Below, piece after piece: positions 8,400-17,460 of a stretch of DNA of 46,499 bases. The notes beneath the pieces are model-generated. The model ran no database searches. It had not been told where the DNA came from and worked only from the letters and a program-made list of their open reading frames with translations. The stretch is from Arcobacter sp. GTDB taxonomy: Bacteria > Campylobacterota > Campylobacteria > Campylobacterales > Arcobacteraceae. How positions within the stretch are numbered: position 1 is the first letter of the stretch; the number at the start of each line of letters is the position of its first letter. A program made the translations under genes and the position numbers. Location of the stretch: the NCBI GenBank assembly GCA_965662175.1, contig CBFIGT010000006.1, positions 312 to 46,810 on the forward strand, in the 5' to 3' direction.

Positions 8400-10418
8400 A
8401 TTAAAACTTTAACAAATAAATCAAACTTTTTTCTTATAACTACTATTTTTTTAGTTTTTTCATCACTTAGTTTTGCTGAAGAAAAATCAGAAATTGAGTC
8501 ACAACCTGAAATAATTTTTAAATACAATAATTTACTTAAAAATGAAAATAAACTAAATAATCAAATTGAGTTTAATAAAGGTGTTTTACTTTTAGAAAAA
8601 GGTAATTATTTAGAAGCTATTGAGATACTAAAAGAGACTTCAATGTATCTTCAAATACCCTCATATTTGAATATTGGAATCGCATATTATAAGCTAAACT
8701 CTATCCATAATGCACAAATTTATTTAAATAGAATATATAACCATGAAGAATCAATTTATAATAACACTTATTCTTATATGGCTTCATGTTATTATTTATA
8801 CCTAATTTCAAATAATAAAAAATACCTAAAAAAAATAATTGATATTGCAAAAAATCAAAAAAATCTTAGTGAACATGATAAAAGACTTATTTCAGATACA
8901 TATATAATTTTAAAAGATTATGAAATGGCATTAAAACTTTTAGAAGATATGGATTTTGCTTCTGATTTAAAAAAAGCCTTACTTTTAATAAAATTAAGAG
9001 ATTATGAAAAATCTGAAATATTACTACAAAAAGCTTATGAAACAACAATGAACTTAAATACAAAAGATACAATTTTGTGGTTTATGATTTTTAGAGATTT
9101 AAAATCAAATAGCTTAGAAAAACTATTTGAACACTTAGATATTTTACAAATAAGAAAATCAAGTTATGAAATAAATAAAAAACTTGAACTGAAAATATTT
9201 TTTAATAAAGAAAAATATACTCCAAAAGAGTATTTAAATTTTGTTACAAATTTTGACATAAATAGAAAAATTGATTTTATTTATTATTATGCTCCATTTA
9301 TTTTCTCTGATAATGATGAAATAATTTATGACTCCACAAAAGGTTTTATATTTAAAAATGAACAAAGTTTAGAAAACATAAATAGTATGGTTTCTTATAA
9401 CTCCTCTTTTTTACAGTTAATTAAAAAAGATCCAATCAAAAGAGTTACTGAATTAAAAAAGATGTTAAATAAAGATACAAAATCTTATATATATTATAAT
9501 TTGGCTCTCTCTTATGCCCATATAAATGATTTTTATAATGCCTTAAAATATTTTGAACAAGCTAGTAAATTAAATCCTGGAAATAAACTCTATACAGCTA
9601 TGACTTTAATTACAGCAATTAGATCAAATAGTGAACTAAAAGATAAAGATTATTTAGATAAAAACCTACGTTCAAGAGATGGATTATATGTTTATTTTGG
9701 ACAAAAATTATATAACTTAGTTATAAATGATAATATTGGAGTGACTGAAGACCCAAGACACTATACAAAAACTATATTTTATAAAAGTTTAGATTTTTTA
9801 ACAGATTTTAAAGATGGAAATCAAGATATTAATCACCCTTTATTAAAAGAAAATTTTAAAGAACCTTTTACATATCTTCTTAGAAAAGTAATTAAAAGAG
9901 AAAATGAGAGTGAATATGCATATTTTTCAAGATTACAAGATACTATTCCTTTGAAAATTAATAATAACTTTTTAGATGGACCCATTTTAATTACTCAATA
10001 TTATACTGATATATTAAAAGCATTAGGACTTTTTTATAAAGCTGATTTTAGTATGGAAAGTAATATAACACCCACATATCTTAGAACAAAAGCTTTAAAA
10101 GCTCTTTATGATAAAGAGCCTAAAAATGCCCTGAAAATAATTGAGGGAGTACAAAATGAGTATAAGTTAGAAGATAAATATACCATGTATTTAATAGTAG
10201 CAGCACTTCTTGATGATGGAAACTATAATGAAGCATCTTTACAAATTTCTTTGATAAAAGGTTTATTAAAAGATAATGGCGCTGATTTTTTAACAGGTGT
10301 TCAATTAGTTCAAGAATTAAAAATAAATAGTGCAAAACAGTTTTTTAAAAAAATATATACTGATGATTTGATAGATTTTAAACTTGAGGGGTATGATAAA
10401 TTTTTAGAATCACTTTAA
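8400..10418 (+). CDS. Exported TPR protein in flagellar cluster (PflB-like candidate), probable ATT start at 8400
   Basis: Frame open from 8388; AGAGGGAG SD 6 nt before ATT; extension encodes a signal peptide (..FLVFSSLSFA|EE). TPR motifs such as YYNLALSYAHINDFYNALKYFEQASKLNP. Confidence 0.75.
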   Translation: MKTLTNKSNFFLITTIFLVFSSLSFAEEKSEIESQPEIIFKYNNLLKNENKLNNQIEFNKGVLLLEKGNYLEAIEILKETSMYLQIPSYLNIGIAYYKLNSIHNAQIYLNRIYNHEESIYNNTYSYMASCYYLYLISNNKKYLKKIIDIAKNQKNLSEHDKRLISDTYIILKDYEMALKLLEDMDFASDLKKALLLIKLRDYEKSEILLQKAYETTMNLNTKDTILWFMIFRDLKSNSLEKLFEHLDILQIRKSSYEINKKLELKIFFNKEKYTPKEYLNFVTNFDINRKIDFIYYYAPFIFSDNDEIIYDSTKGFIFKNEQSLENINSMVSYNSSFLQLIKKDPIKRVTELKKMLNKDTKSYIYYNLALSYAHINDFYNALKYFEQASKLNPGNKLYTAMTLITAIRSNSELKDKDYLDKNLRSRDGLYVYFGQKLYNLVINDNIGVTEDPRHYTKTIFYKSLDFLTDFKDGNQDINHPLLKENFKEPFTYLLRKVIKRENESEYAYFSRLQDTIPLKINNNFLDGPILITQYYTDILKALGLFYKADFSMESNITPTYLRTKALKALYDKEPKNALKIIEGVQNEYKLEDKYTMYLIVAALLDDGNYNEASLQISLIKGLLKDNGADFLTGVQLVQELKINSAKQFFKKIYTDDLIDFKLEGYDKFLESL

Positions 10419-10465
10419 ATATATTTTTAAAAAGATTATTATAATTATTCAATTTAGTAATTTTT

Positions 10466-10474
10466 TGATATAAT
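10466..10474 (+). promoter_or_regulatory. Extended -10 sigma70 promoter upstream of flaG
   Basis: TGATATAAT, followed by AAGGAG SD before flaG. Confidence 0.65.
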
Positions 10475-10507
10475 ATTTAAAACTTCTATTTTATAAAAGG
10501 AGCACTT

Positions 10508-10819
10508 ATGGAAATTGGAAGATTACCTGAAATTGACAATGCAAAAGTTAATACAGAAATTAAGATAAATAAGGTTCAGGAAACTGATGAAAAAAATAAG
10601 ATTGTACCTGATGAAAAGTATAAAAATGCAAAAACTAATGATATTGCAGAGTCTTTAAATGAGGTTGTTCTTGACAATGTTAAGTTTGGTTATAACACTG
10701 AATCAAAGGATTTCTTTATTAAAGTTTCTAGGGGTGAGGCTGAGTATAAATACCCAACAGAGGATATGATGAAAGTGAAAGCACACTTAAATGAACTTAT
10801 CCAAGATTTAAGTAAATAA
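10508..10819 (+). CDS. flaG: FlaG family protein
   Basis: VKFGYNTESKDFFIKV...YPTEDMMK resembles the FlaG C-terminal motif; size and context fit. Confidence 0.75.
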   Translation: MEIGRLPEIDNAKVNTEIKINKVQETDEKNKIVPDEKYKNAKTNDIAESLNEVVLDNVKFGYNTESKDFFIKVSRGEAEYKYPTEDMMKVKAHLNELIQDLSK

Positions 10820-10836
10820 GTAGTTAGGGTAATATT

Positions 10837-11739
10837 TTGGCATCAGATTTATCAAATATAATTAAAGATGAATTGTCTAATACTTTAGAACAATTACTTT
10901 CTCAAAATACAAAAATTGGACGTATAGAAAAAGCCGATTTTACAAAAATCGACTCTTCTCAATGTGTTGAAATTGATGTAAAATTTGAGTTTAAAGGAAT
11001 AGCTTCTAATTGGAATTTTTATGTACCAACATCAAGTGCTGCAAAATTTGAGTACTTGATGCTTGGGGGGACAGGAGATTTAAAAGAGCATATTGATGAT
11101 GAAATAGCTGATGCAATTAATGAAATAGTATCTAATATTTGTGGAAGTATTTCAACATCTGTTAATGCCCAAGGTTTTCCTGACATCTCTTCACTAAAGC
11201 ATGAAATTCTTGGTGCTAAGATAATTGAGTGTAGTGAAAAGAAAAATAGTAAAACTTCTTATGATTTCTTTTTAGATTTAAGTGGTGAAAAATCTCAAAT
11301 TATAATTAATTTTGATGAAATTTTCTTACCTTTTATCTCTTCAATTACGGGAGATGAACTATCTGGAGCTACTTTAGCAAATAATGATAGTTTGTCTGTA
11401 AATAATGAAATTCCTTTAGCTAAAGCACCAATTGTAAATACAGGTATAGAGTCTTTATTATCAGAAGAGTCATCAAAAAACTTAAAACTTCTTTTTGATA
11501 TTAAACTAAAACTTAGTGTTAGATTGGGTACAAAACTATTTTTACTAAAAGATATTTTAAAATGGGATATTGGTGAAATAATTGAGTTAGAACAGATGGT
11601 TAATGAACCCCTTGATATATTAGTAAATGGTATAAAAATTGGTGAGGGTGAAGCTGTTATTGTTGAGGGAAAATTTGGCCTTAAGATAAAAAATATTGGG
11701 AATAATTCTACAAGATTAAGCAAAATAGGGTTGGGATAA
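10837..11739 (+). CDS. fliY: FliY-like switch protein (CheC-like N domain + SpoA C domain)
   Basis: DAINEIVSNICG helix; C-terminal LLFDIKLKLSVRLG...EPLDILVNG...GEGEAVIVEGKFG SpoA domain. Confidence 0.8.
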   Translation: MASDLSNIIKDELSNTLEQLLSQNTKIGRIEKADFTKIDSSQCVEIDVKFEFKGIASNWNFYVPTSSAAKFEYLMLGGTGDLKEHIDDEIADAINEIVSNICGSISTSVNAQGFPDISSLKHEILGAKIIECSEKKNSKTSYDFFLDLSGEKSQIIINFDEIFLPFISSITGDELSGATLANNDSLSVNNEIPLAKAPIVNTGIESLLSEESSKNLKLLFDIKLKLSVRLGTKLFLLKDILKWDIGEIIELEQMVNEPLDILVNGIKIGEGEAVIVEGKFGLKIKNIGNNSTRLSKIGLG

Positions 11740-11740
11740 T

Positions 11741-12496
11741 ATGGATAAGAGTACAGCAGGTGGATTGGCAGGTGGATGGGCACTTGTAGCTTTAGCAATT
11801 ATTTTAGGTGGAGTTGGTTTTGGTCCATATATTGATGTCCCATCAGTAGTTATTGTATTTGGTGGAACTATTGCTGTTACAGCTGGACAATTTCAACCTA
11901 GTGAGCTAAAAAGAATAATGCCAGGTATAAAAGTTGCAATGAATGAATCACCAATTGAACCCTTACCTGAACTAATTGAAAAAATGATTTTTTATGCAAC
12001 TGAAATTAAAAAACATGGTGTTATGCAAATTGAGCAAAAAGTTTTAGAAGAGAAAAATCCATTTTTTAAAGAGGCATTTCAATTATTAGTTGATGGTACA
12101 AAACCTGATGTTTTAGTTCCTTTACTAGAGTTAAAGCAAGAGCATATTGATAAAAGACATTCATCTTTAATTGGAGTATTTGGAAATATGGGTGGAACAG
12201 CTGGAGCTATGGGAATGATTGGAACACTAGTTGGACTAGTTGCAATGCTAGCTAACCTTTCAGACCCAGCAGCCGTTGGTCCTGCTATGGCTGTTGCTTT
12301 ATTAACTACAATGTATGGAGCTTTATTAGGAACACTATTTGCTGGAATTATTGAATCAAAACTAGACCAAAAACACAAAACTGAAATGACAGCATGTGAA
12401 GTTATTATTACAGGTACATCTATGATTGCAGCTGAAGAGTCTATTGGTAATATAAAAATGAAACTAAATGCAATGCTTGTTGCAACACCTGAGTAA
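11741..12496 (+). CDS. motA: Flagellar stator A subunit, PomA-like
   Basis: GMIGTLVGLVAML...GPAMAVALLTTMYGA TM3/TM4 motif. Confidence 0.95.
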   Translation: MDKSTAGGLAGGWALVALAIILGGVGFGPYIDVPSVVIVFGGTIAVTAGQFQPSELKRIMPGIKVAMNESPIEPLPELIEKMIFYATEIKKHGVMQIEQKVLEEKNPFFKEAFQLLVDGTKPDVLVPLLELKQEHIDKRHSSLIGVFGNMGGTAGAMGMIGTLVGLVAMLANLSDPAAVGPAMAVALLTTMYGALLGTLFAGIIESKLDQKHKTEMTACEVIITGTSMIAAEESIGNIKMKLNAMLVATPE

Positions 12497-12507
12497 AAAG
12501 AAAAAAA

Positions 12508-13281
12508 ATGGCTGATAAAAAGTGTCCGGAGTGTCCTAAATGTCTACCAGGTTGGCTTGTTCAATTTGGTGATTTAATGTCATTACTTTTAACATTCTTT
12601 ATTCTATTACTTTCAATGGCTGTAATGGATAAAAAGAAAGTTGAAGAGTATTTTACAATTATGAAAAAAGCTATGGGATTTTTGGACCAAACCCAAGACA
12701 CTGTAAAAAGAGATGAGTCAACTAATACATCTAAAGATGCAAGCTCTGATGGGGATGGAACATCTGCTGATAATAGTGAAGCTATAGAAGAGATGTCTCA
12801 GTTAGTTGATGAGATGAATGACCAAGTAAGTCAAGCTCAAAGTGAACAATTAGAGATTAAGCAGGGTAAAAATGAGTTTACATTAGATATTCCATCATCT
12901 TTAATGTTTAATGAGGGTGAATATGAACTTACAAATAAATCAGCTAGAAGATTTATATCAAAAATTGCTAGAGTAATTAGAACTATGCCACAAACCTTTG
13001 ATATAGAGATTATTGGACATACAGATAGAAGTAATTTTGTAAATAATACAATTCCTAGGGATGGCTGGGATATATCAGCATTAAGATCAATATCAGTTGT
13101 AAAAGAGTTAATAAAAAATAGAATTGACCCCTCTCAATTAAAGGTTTCAGCTTATAGTTCATATAGACCAAAAAGTGAAAATGCCGCTGAGAATAGAAGA
13201 GTTGAATTGAGATTTGTATCCTCTAATGAACAAAAAAATATATTAGAAAAAGAGAATTTCTTTGATAGGTTGGACCAATGA
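12508..13281 (+). CDS. motB: Flagellar stator B subunit, PomB-like
   Basis: WLVQFGDLMSLLLTFFILLLS TM with conserved Asp; OmpA-like domain GHTD...NRRVE. Confidence 0.95.
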   Translation: MADKKCPECPKCLPGWLVQFGDLMSLLLTFFILLLSMAVMDKKKVEEYFTIMKKAMGFLDQTQDTVKRDESTNTSKDASSDGDGTSADNSEAIEEMSQLVDEMNDQVSQAQSEQLEIKQGKNEFTLDIPSSLMFNEGEYELTNKSARRFISKIARVIRTMPQTFDIEIIGHTDRSNFVNNTIPRDGWDISALRSISVVKELIKNRIDPSQLKVSAYSSYRPKSENAAENRRVELRFVSSNEQKNILEKENFFDRLDQ

Positions 13282-13571
13282 TAGATATTTCAAATAGTGT
13301 TGACATAAATAGTATAAATCAAAAAAACTTTAAAAATATAAATACAGATAATATAAAAGATGATAAATTAAAAGCTGTATGTGATGATTTTGAAGCTTTT
13401 TTCTTAAAACAAATGATGGATGTTTCCTTGAAATCTTCATCTATTGCAGGAGAAGAGGCTGGCTCTGATATTATAAAAGGTATGTATACAGATAGTATAT
13501 CAAACCAAGCAGCAGGTGGTATGGGAATTAGTAGTATTCTATATGAATATTTAAGCAAAAATAATAAATAA
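13278..13571 (+). CDS. flgJ: Rod-binding protein, FlgJ N-terminal domain only (no muramidase)
   Basis: LKAVCDDFEAFFLKQMM...MY...GGMGISSILYEYL. Confidence 0.8.
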   Translation: MIDISNSVDINSINQKNFKNINTDNIKDDKLKAVCDDFEAFFLKQMMDVSLKSSSIAGEEAGSDIIKGMYTDSISNQAAGGMGISSILYEYLSKNNK

Positions 13572-13588
13572 ATCTTTTAGGTGCAAAA

Positions 13589-13966
13589 ATGGTAACAACA
13601 ATAATTGATGAAATGACAAGATTGGTTTTTGAAATGAAAGATTTGATATCTAAGGATATTGAAGATATTAAAGCAGCCCATCATGAAAAACTTCTTGATA
13701 GAAATGATGATAAACAAACTTCAATGGAAAAAATTATAGAACTAAGAGAAGAGTTAAATAAAGAGCTTGTTAAAAAAATGAGCGAGGGTGTTGATATAAA
13801 TATCTATAGGGAAGCTGTTGATGAACTTGAAAACAACTTACAAGAGTTACAAATGTTAAACTCAAAATTAGCACTTATTGTTTTGCCTATTAAACAAATG
13901 TATAAAGATATTGTTACTGAATTAACAAAAAATAGTGGAGGAAATATTGTCGAAATTAAAGTTTAG
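13589..13966 (+). CDS. FlgN-like export chaperone
   Basis: Helical 125-aa protein after flgJ with LQELQMLNSKLA motif; assignment is by similarity and synteny. Confidence 0.55.
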   Translation: MVTTIIDEMTRLVFEMKDLISKDIEDIKAAHHEKLLDRNDDKQTSMEKIIELREELNKELVKKMSEGVDINIYREAVDELENNLQELQMLNSKLALIVLPIKQMYKDIVTELTKNSGGNIVEIKV

Positions 13967-14351
13967 TATAACTGCCTTATTTTTTATTTTTATCTCTAAG
14001 CTTTTAGCATATGAAGTTATTGTTTCTAAAGAGGATATGAGTTTTAGAACACAATTAACACCTGAAAATTTAGAAATAAAAGATATTAAACAATTGCCTG
14101 AAAACTGTATACCTTTAAAATTAGAAGAGTTAAAAAATAATAAATATCTTTCATCAAAATTTATTAAAAAAAGCCAAATTATCTGTAAAGATGATGTTAA
14201 AAAAATAGTTAAAAAGAGTGTTATATTTAATTTTGGTTCTATTCAAATAGAGACAGATGGAAAGATAATATTTGAAAATGATGAGTATATTAGAATTAAA
14301 AAAGATAATGGGAAAATAGAAAAAATTTATAAAGATGGAAAAGCTAGATGA
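13947..14351 (+). CDS. Short FlgA-like (SAF-domain) periplasmic protein
   Basis: TTG at 13947 follows GGAGGA SD (ORF track starts at GTG 13935). Signal peptide, SAF-like segment, and FlgA-like C-terminus (GSIQIETDG..IRIKKDNGK). Confidence 0.5.
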   Translation: MSKLKFSITALFFIFISKLLAYEVIVSKEDMSFRTQLTPENLEIKDIKQLPENCIPLKLEELKNNKYLSSKFIKKSQIICKDDVKKIVKKSVIFNFGSIQIETDGKIIFENDEYIRIKKDNGKIEKIYKDGKAR

Positions 14352-15499
14352 ATAAGTTATCTTTTTTAGGTGAAACACCTACAAAAGCACTTAGAAAAGC
14401 TCAAGAAGAGTGTGGTGAAGATGCAATTGTAATTTCTACAAAAAAAATATCAGATGCAAAAAGTAAGAAAAATATGTATGAGGTTATTGTTGCTTTAGAA
14501 GAGGATTCAAAACCTAATAAACGTACAAATAATTTTACAAAAAAGATTGTTAGTAATAAAGAGAGTGATGATAAAATCTCTGCAAAAGTATATGATTTTA
14601 AAGAAGAGATTCTTAAAATGCAAGATGCAATAGAGCAGGTTCAAAAATCTATTTGGGACCCAAAGTCTCAACTTTATGATTTAACAATTCCACCTGAATT
14701 TGTAAATATTTATAATCTTTTTGAATCAAATGAGTTTGACCAAGAGATGACATATACAATTATGAAAAAAACTATTAAACAACTTCCTTTTTCACTTAAA
14801 TCAAATCCTAATAAAATAAATGATTTTTTCAAACTGATTTTAAGACGAATAATTCCAATAAAACATGAAGTGCCTTTAAGAAGACATCAAAGAAAAATAA
14901 TGATGATGGTAGGTCCAACGGGTGTTGGAAAAACAACAACAATTGCAAAATTAGCAGCACGATATGCCTATAAAATGGGACAAAACTATAAAGTTGGAGT
15001 TGTAACCTTAGACTCTTTTAGAGTTGGTGCAATTGAGCAATTACAAGCTTATACAAATATTATGAGATTACCTTTAGAGATTGTTAAAAAGCCTGAAGAT
15101 TTAGTTGAAGCCCTTTTAAGATTAAAAGATTGTAATTATATTTTTATAGATACAGCAGGTTCTAGTCAATATGATGTTGATAAAATTGAACTTATTAATG
15201 AGTTCCAAAAAAAAGTTGATGAACTTCCAATTGAAAAAATATTAGTACTTCCTGCAAATGTTAAACAAAGCGATTTAATGGATATTTATACAAACTACTC
15301 TAGATTAAATATTGATTATTTAACTTTTACAAAACTTGATGAAACAAAAAGTTTTGGAAACTTAATATCTTTTGCCCATAAAACTAAAAAATCAATAACA
15401 TATATTTCAGTAGGTCAAAATGTACCTGATGATTTAATTGTTTCTGATTCATCTTTTATAATTGATTGTTTTATGAATCATTCATGTCCTAGGAGATAA
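14348..15499 (+). CDS. flhF: SRP-family GTPase FlhF
   Basis: GPTGVGKTTT, DTAG, TKLDE, GQNVPDD. Confidence 0.97.
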   Translation: MNKLSFLGETPTKALRKAQEECGEDAIVISTKKISDAKSKKNMYEVIVALEEDSKPNKRTNNFTKKIVSNKESDDKISAKVYDFKEEILKMQDAIEQVQKSIWDPKSQLYDLTIPPEFVNIYNLFESNEFDQEMTYTIMKKTIKQLPFSLKSNPNKINDFFKLILRRIIPIKHEVPLRRHQRKIMMMVGPTGVGKTTTIAKLAARYAYKMGQNYKVGVVTLDSFRVGAIEQLQAYTNIMRLPLEIVKKPEDLVEALLRLKDCNYIFIDTAGSSQYDVDKIELINEFQKKVDELPIEKILVLPANVKQSDLMDIYTNYSRLNIDYLTFTKLDETKSFGNLISFAHKTKKSITYISVGQNVPDDLIVSDSSFIIDCFMNHSCPRR

Positions 15500-15502
15500 A
15501 TT

Positions 15503-16324
15503 ATGTTAAATACTATCTCCACTCAAGCTAATAAGTTAATAAATTTAACTAAAAATTTCAATAAAGCTAGTAGTTCTAAAACTAAACTTTTAACTGTAAC
15601 ATCAGGAAAAGGTGGTGTTGGTAAATCTACATTTACAGCAAATATAGCATTTCTATTTGCAAAAAAAGGTTTAAAAGTTGCTGTTATTGATGCTGATATA
15701 GGATTAGCAAATATGCAAGTTCTTTTTGATTTAAAACCTCAATATACACTTTTTGATTATATTGATGGAAAATCAGAATTAAAAGATGTTTGTTTACAAA
15801 CCCAATATAAAAATATAACTTTAATTGCTGGTAAAAGTGGTTATCAATACTCAAAACACTCTAACTCATTTGTTTTTGCTAGAATTGTACAAGATGTTAT
15901 AGCTGCTGAAATGTTTGATATTGTATTGGTTGATACAGGTGCTGGTTTAAATGAGTATGTTAAAGAGTTTTTGTCAATATCTAATAATATTTTGGCATTA
16001 ACAACAACTGATCCAAGTGCCTTAACAGATGTTTATGCTTTGATGAAAATGCTCTCCAAAGATAAAAGTTCGCTTATGTTATGTTTTAATCATACAAAAA
16101 ACTACAAAATTGGGGAAAGCATAACTTTTTCTTTACAAAATTTAGCGGCCAAAAATAGGTTAAATTCTAATTTTATGGTAAAATATTTAGGTAATGTAAG
16201 CAGTTCTAAGAGTGTTTCAACAACTGGACGTTTAAGAAAATTGTTTGTTAATGAGTTTAATGAGCAGAATGTAAGCAAAGAGTTGGAGCTGATTGTTAAT
16301 TCATTACTAAATAATATAAAATAA
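15503..16324 (+). CDS. flhG: MinD-like ATPase FlhG
   Basis: SGKGGVGKS, DADIGLAN, DTGAG; follows flhF. Confidence 0.93.
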   Translation: MLNTISTQANKLINLTKNFNKASSSKTKLLTVTSGKGGVGKSTFTANIAFLFAKKGLKVAVIDADIGLANMQVLFDLKPQYTLFDYIDGKSELKDVCLQTQYKNITLIAGKSGYQYSKHSNSFVFARIVQDVIAAEMFDIVLVDTGAGLNEYVKEFLSISNNILALTTTDPSALTDVYALMKMLSKDKSSLMLCFNHTKNYKIGESITFSLQNLAAKNRLNSNFMVKYLGNVSSSKSVSTTGRLRKLFVNEFNEQNVSKELELIVNSLLNNIK

Positions 16325-16340
16325 GTAGTTTGGATAAAAT

Positions 16341-16661
16341 GTGATTATAGAAAGATTTACAAAAAACGTAATAGCTAGTGGTTTATTTAAGATTTACGTA
16401 GCTACTGGTTTTTTTGCAACTTCTATTTTTTTTGTGCTTAATGCACATCTTTTTACGCCCATGGAGATTGTATTGGGTATAGTTTTTGTAACAATATTTC
16501 TAAAAGCTGTATCGAATATAATGTTATCTTTGATAATTTTATTGTTTAAATTGGATAATAAAAAAGAAGAGTTGGACTTAAAATATCATTCTCAAAAGAT
16601 TGATGAGTTGTTGAGTGAATTTACTACAAATTCATCAACAAAAAATAGCCCAGCTAAGTAA
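16341..16661 (+). CDS. Hypothetical 2-TM membrane protein
   Basis: Two hydrophobic segments; embedded between flhG and fliE. Confidence 0.7.
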   Translation: MIIERFTKNVIASGLFKIYVATGFFATSIFFVLNAHLFTPMEIVLGIVFVTIFLKAVSNIMLSLIILLFKLDNKKEELDLKYHSQKIDELLSEFTTNSSTKNSPAK

Positions 16662-16671
16662 AGGAATTTAA

Positions 16672-16971
16672 ATGGATATTTCAGGAATAAATAGTATTTC
16701 TAATGTATTTAACAATAATAATGTTCAAAAAGTTTCTGAAAATAGTGGAGAGAATAGTTTTGCTTCATTATTAAAAGGAGCTATTTCTGAGGTAAATAAA
16801 TCTCAAGTTGAAGGTTATAATGCAATGGAAGGAATAGCAACAGGAAAAGTTGCTAATTTACAGCAAGCTGTTCAAAAAATAGAAGAAGCTGAATTAAGTC
16901 TAAAGTTAGCCCTTGAAGTAAAAAATAAAGCAATGGGTTCATTTAAAGAAATAATGGCAATGCAAGTTTAA
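16672..16971 (+). CDS. fliE: Hook-basal body protein FliE
   Basis: AELSLKLALEVKNK..FKEIMAMQV C-terminus. Confidence 0.93.
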   Translation: MDISGINSISNVFNNNNVQKVSENSGENSFASLLKGAISEVNKSQVEGYNAMEGIATGKVANLQQAVQKIEEAELSLKLALEVKNKAMGSFKEIMAMQV

Positions 16972-16983
16972 TTGGAGTAAATT

Positions 16984-17448
16984 ATGGGTCTTTTTGATGG
17001 ATATGATGTAGCTAGTTCAGGAATGAACGCACAAAGAACAAGAATAAATGTAGTAAGTGCCAATATTGCAAATGCAGAGACTACTCATACATCTGAGGGT
17101 GGACCTTATAAAAAACAAAATGTAGTTTTTCAAGAGATGCTTTTAAATCAACAACAAAAAACTAAAACTGAGAATAGCGGTTTAGCTCAAGAAAACTATA
17201 CAAATAATAGAGCTTTAAGTGGTGTTGGAATTAAGCAAATAATTGAAGCAAAAGATCAGCCTGTGATGAAATATGAGCCTGAACATCCAGATTCAAATGA
17301 AGATGGATATGTTGCTTATCCAAATATAAATCCAGTTGTTGAGATGGTTGATTTAATTGAAGCAATGAGATCTTATGAAGCAAATGTATCTGCATTTACA
17401 ACACAAAAGAGTATTGATACTAAAACTTTAGATATCTTAAAAATATAA
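16984..17448 (+). CDS. flgC: Basal-body rod protein FlgC
   Basis: SGMNAQRTRINVVSANIANA, YEPEHPD, PNINPVVEMVDLI. Confidence 0.97.
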   Translation: MGLFDGYDVASSGMNAQRTRINVVSANIANAETTHTSEGGPYKKQNVVFQEMLLNQQQKTKTENSGLAQENYTNNRALSGVGIKQIIEAKDQPVMKYEPEHPDSNEDGYVAYPNINPVVEMVDLIEAMRSYEANVSAFTTQKSIDTKTLDILKI

Positions 17449-17460
17449 TAGGATTAAATT

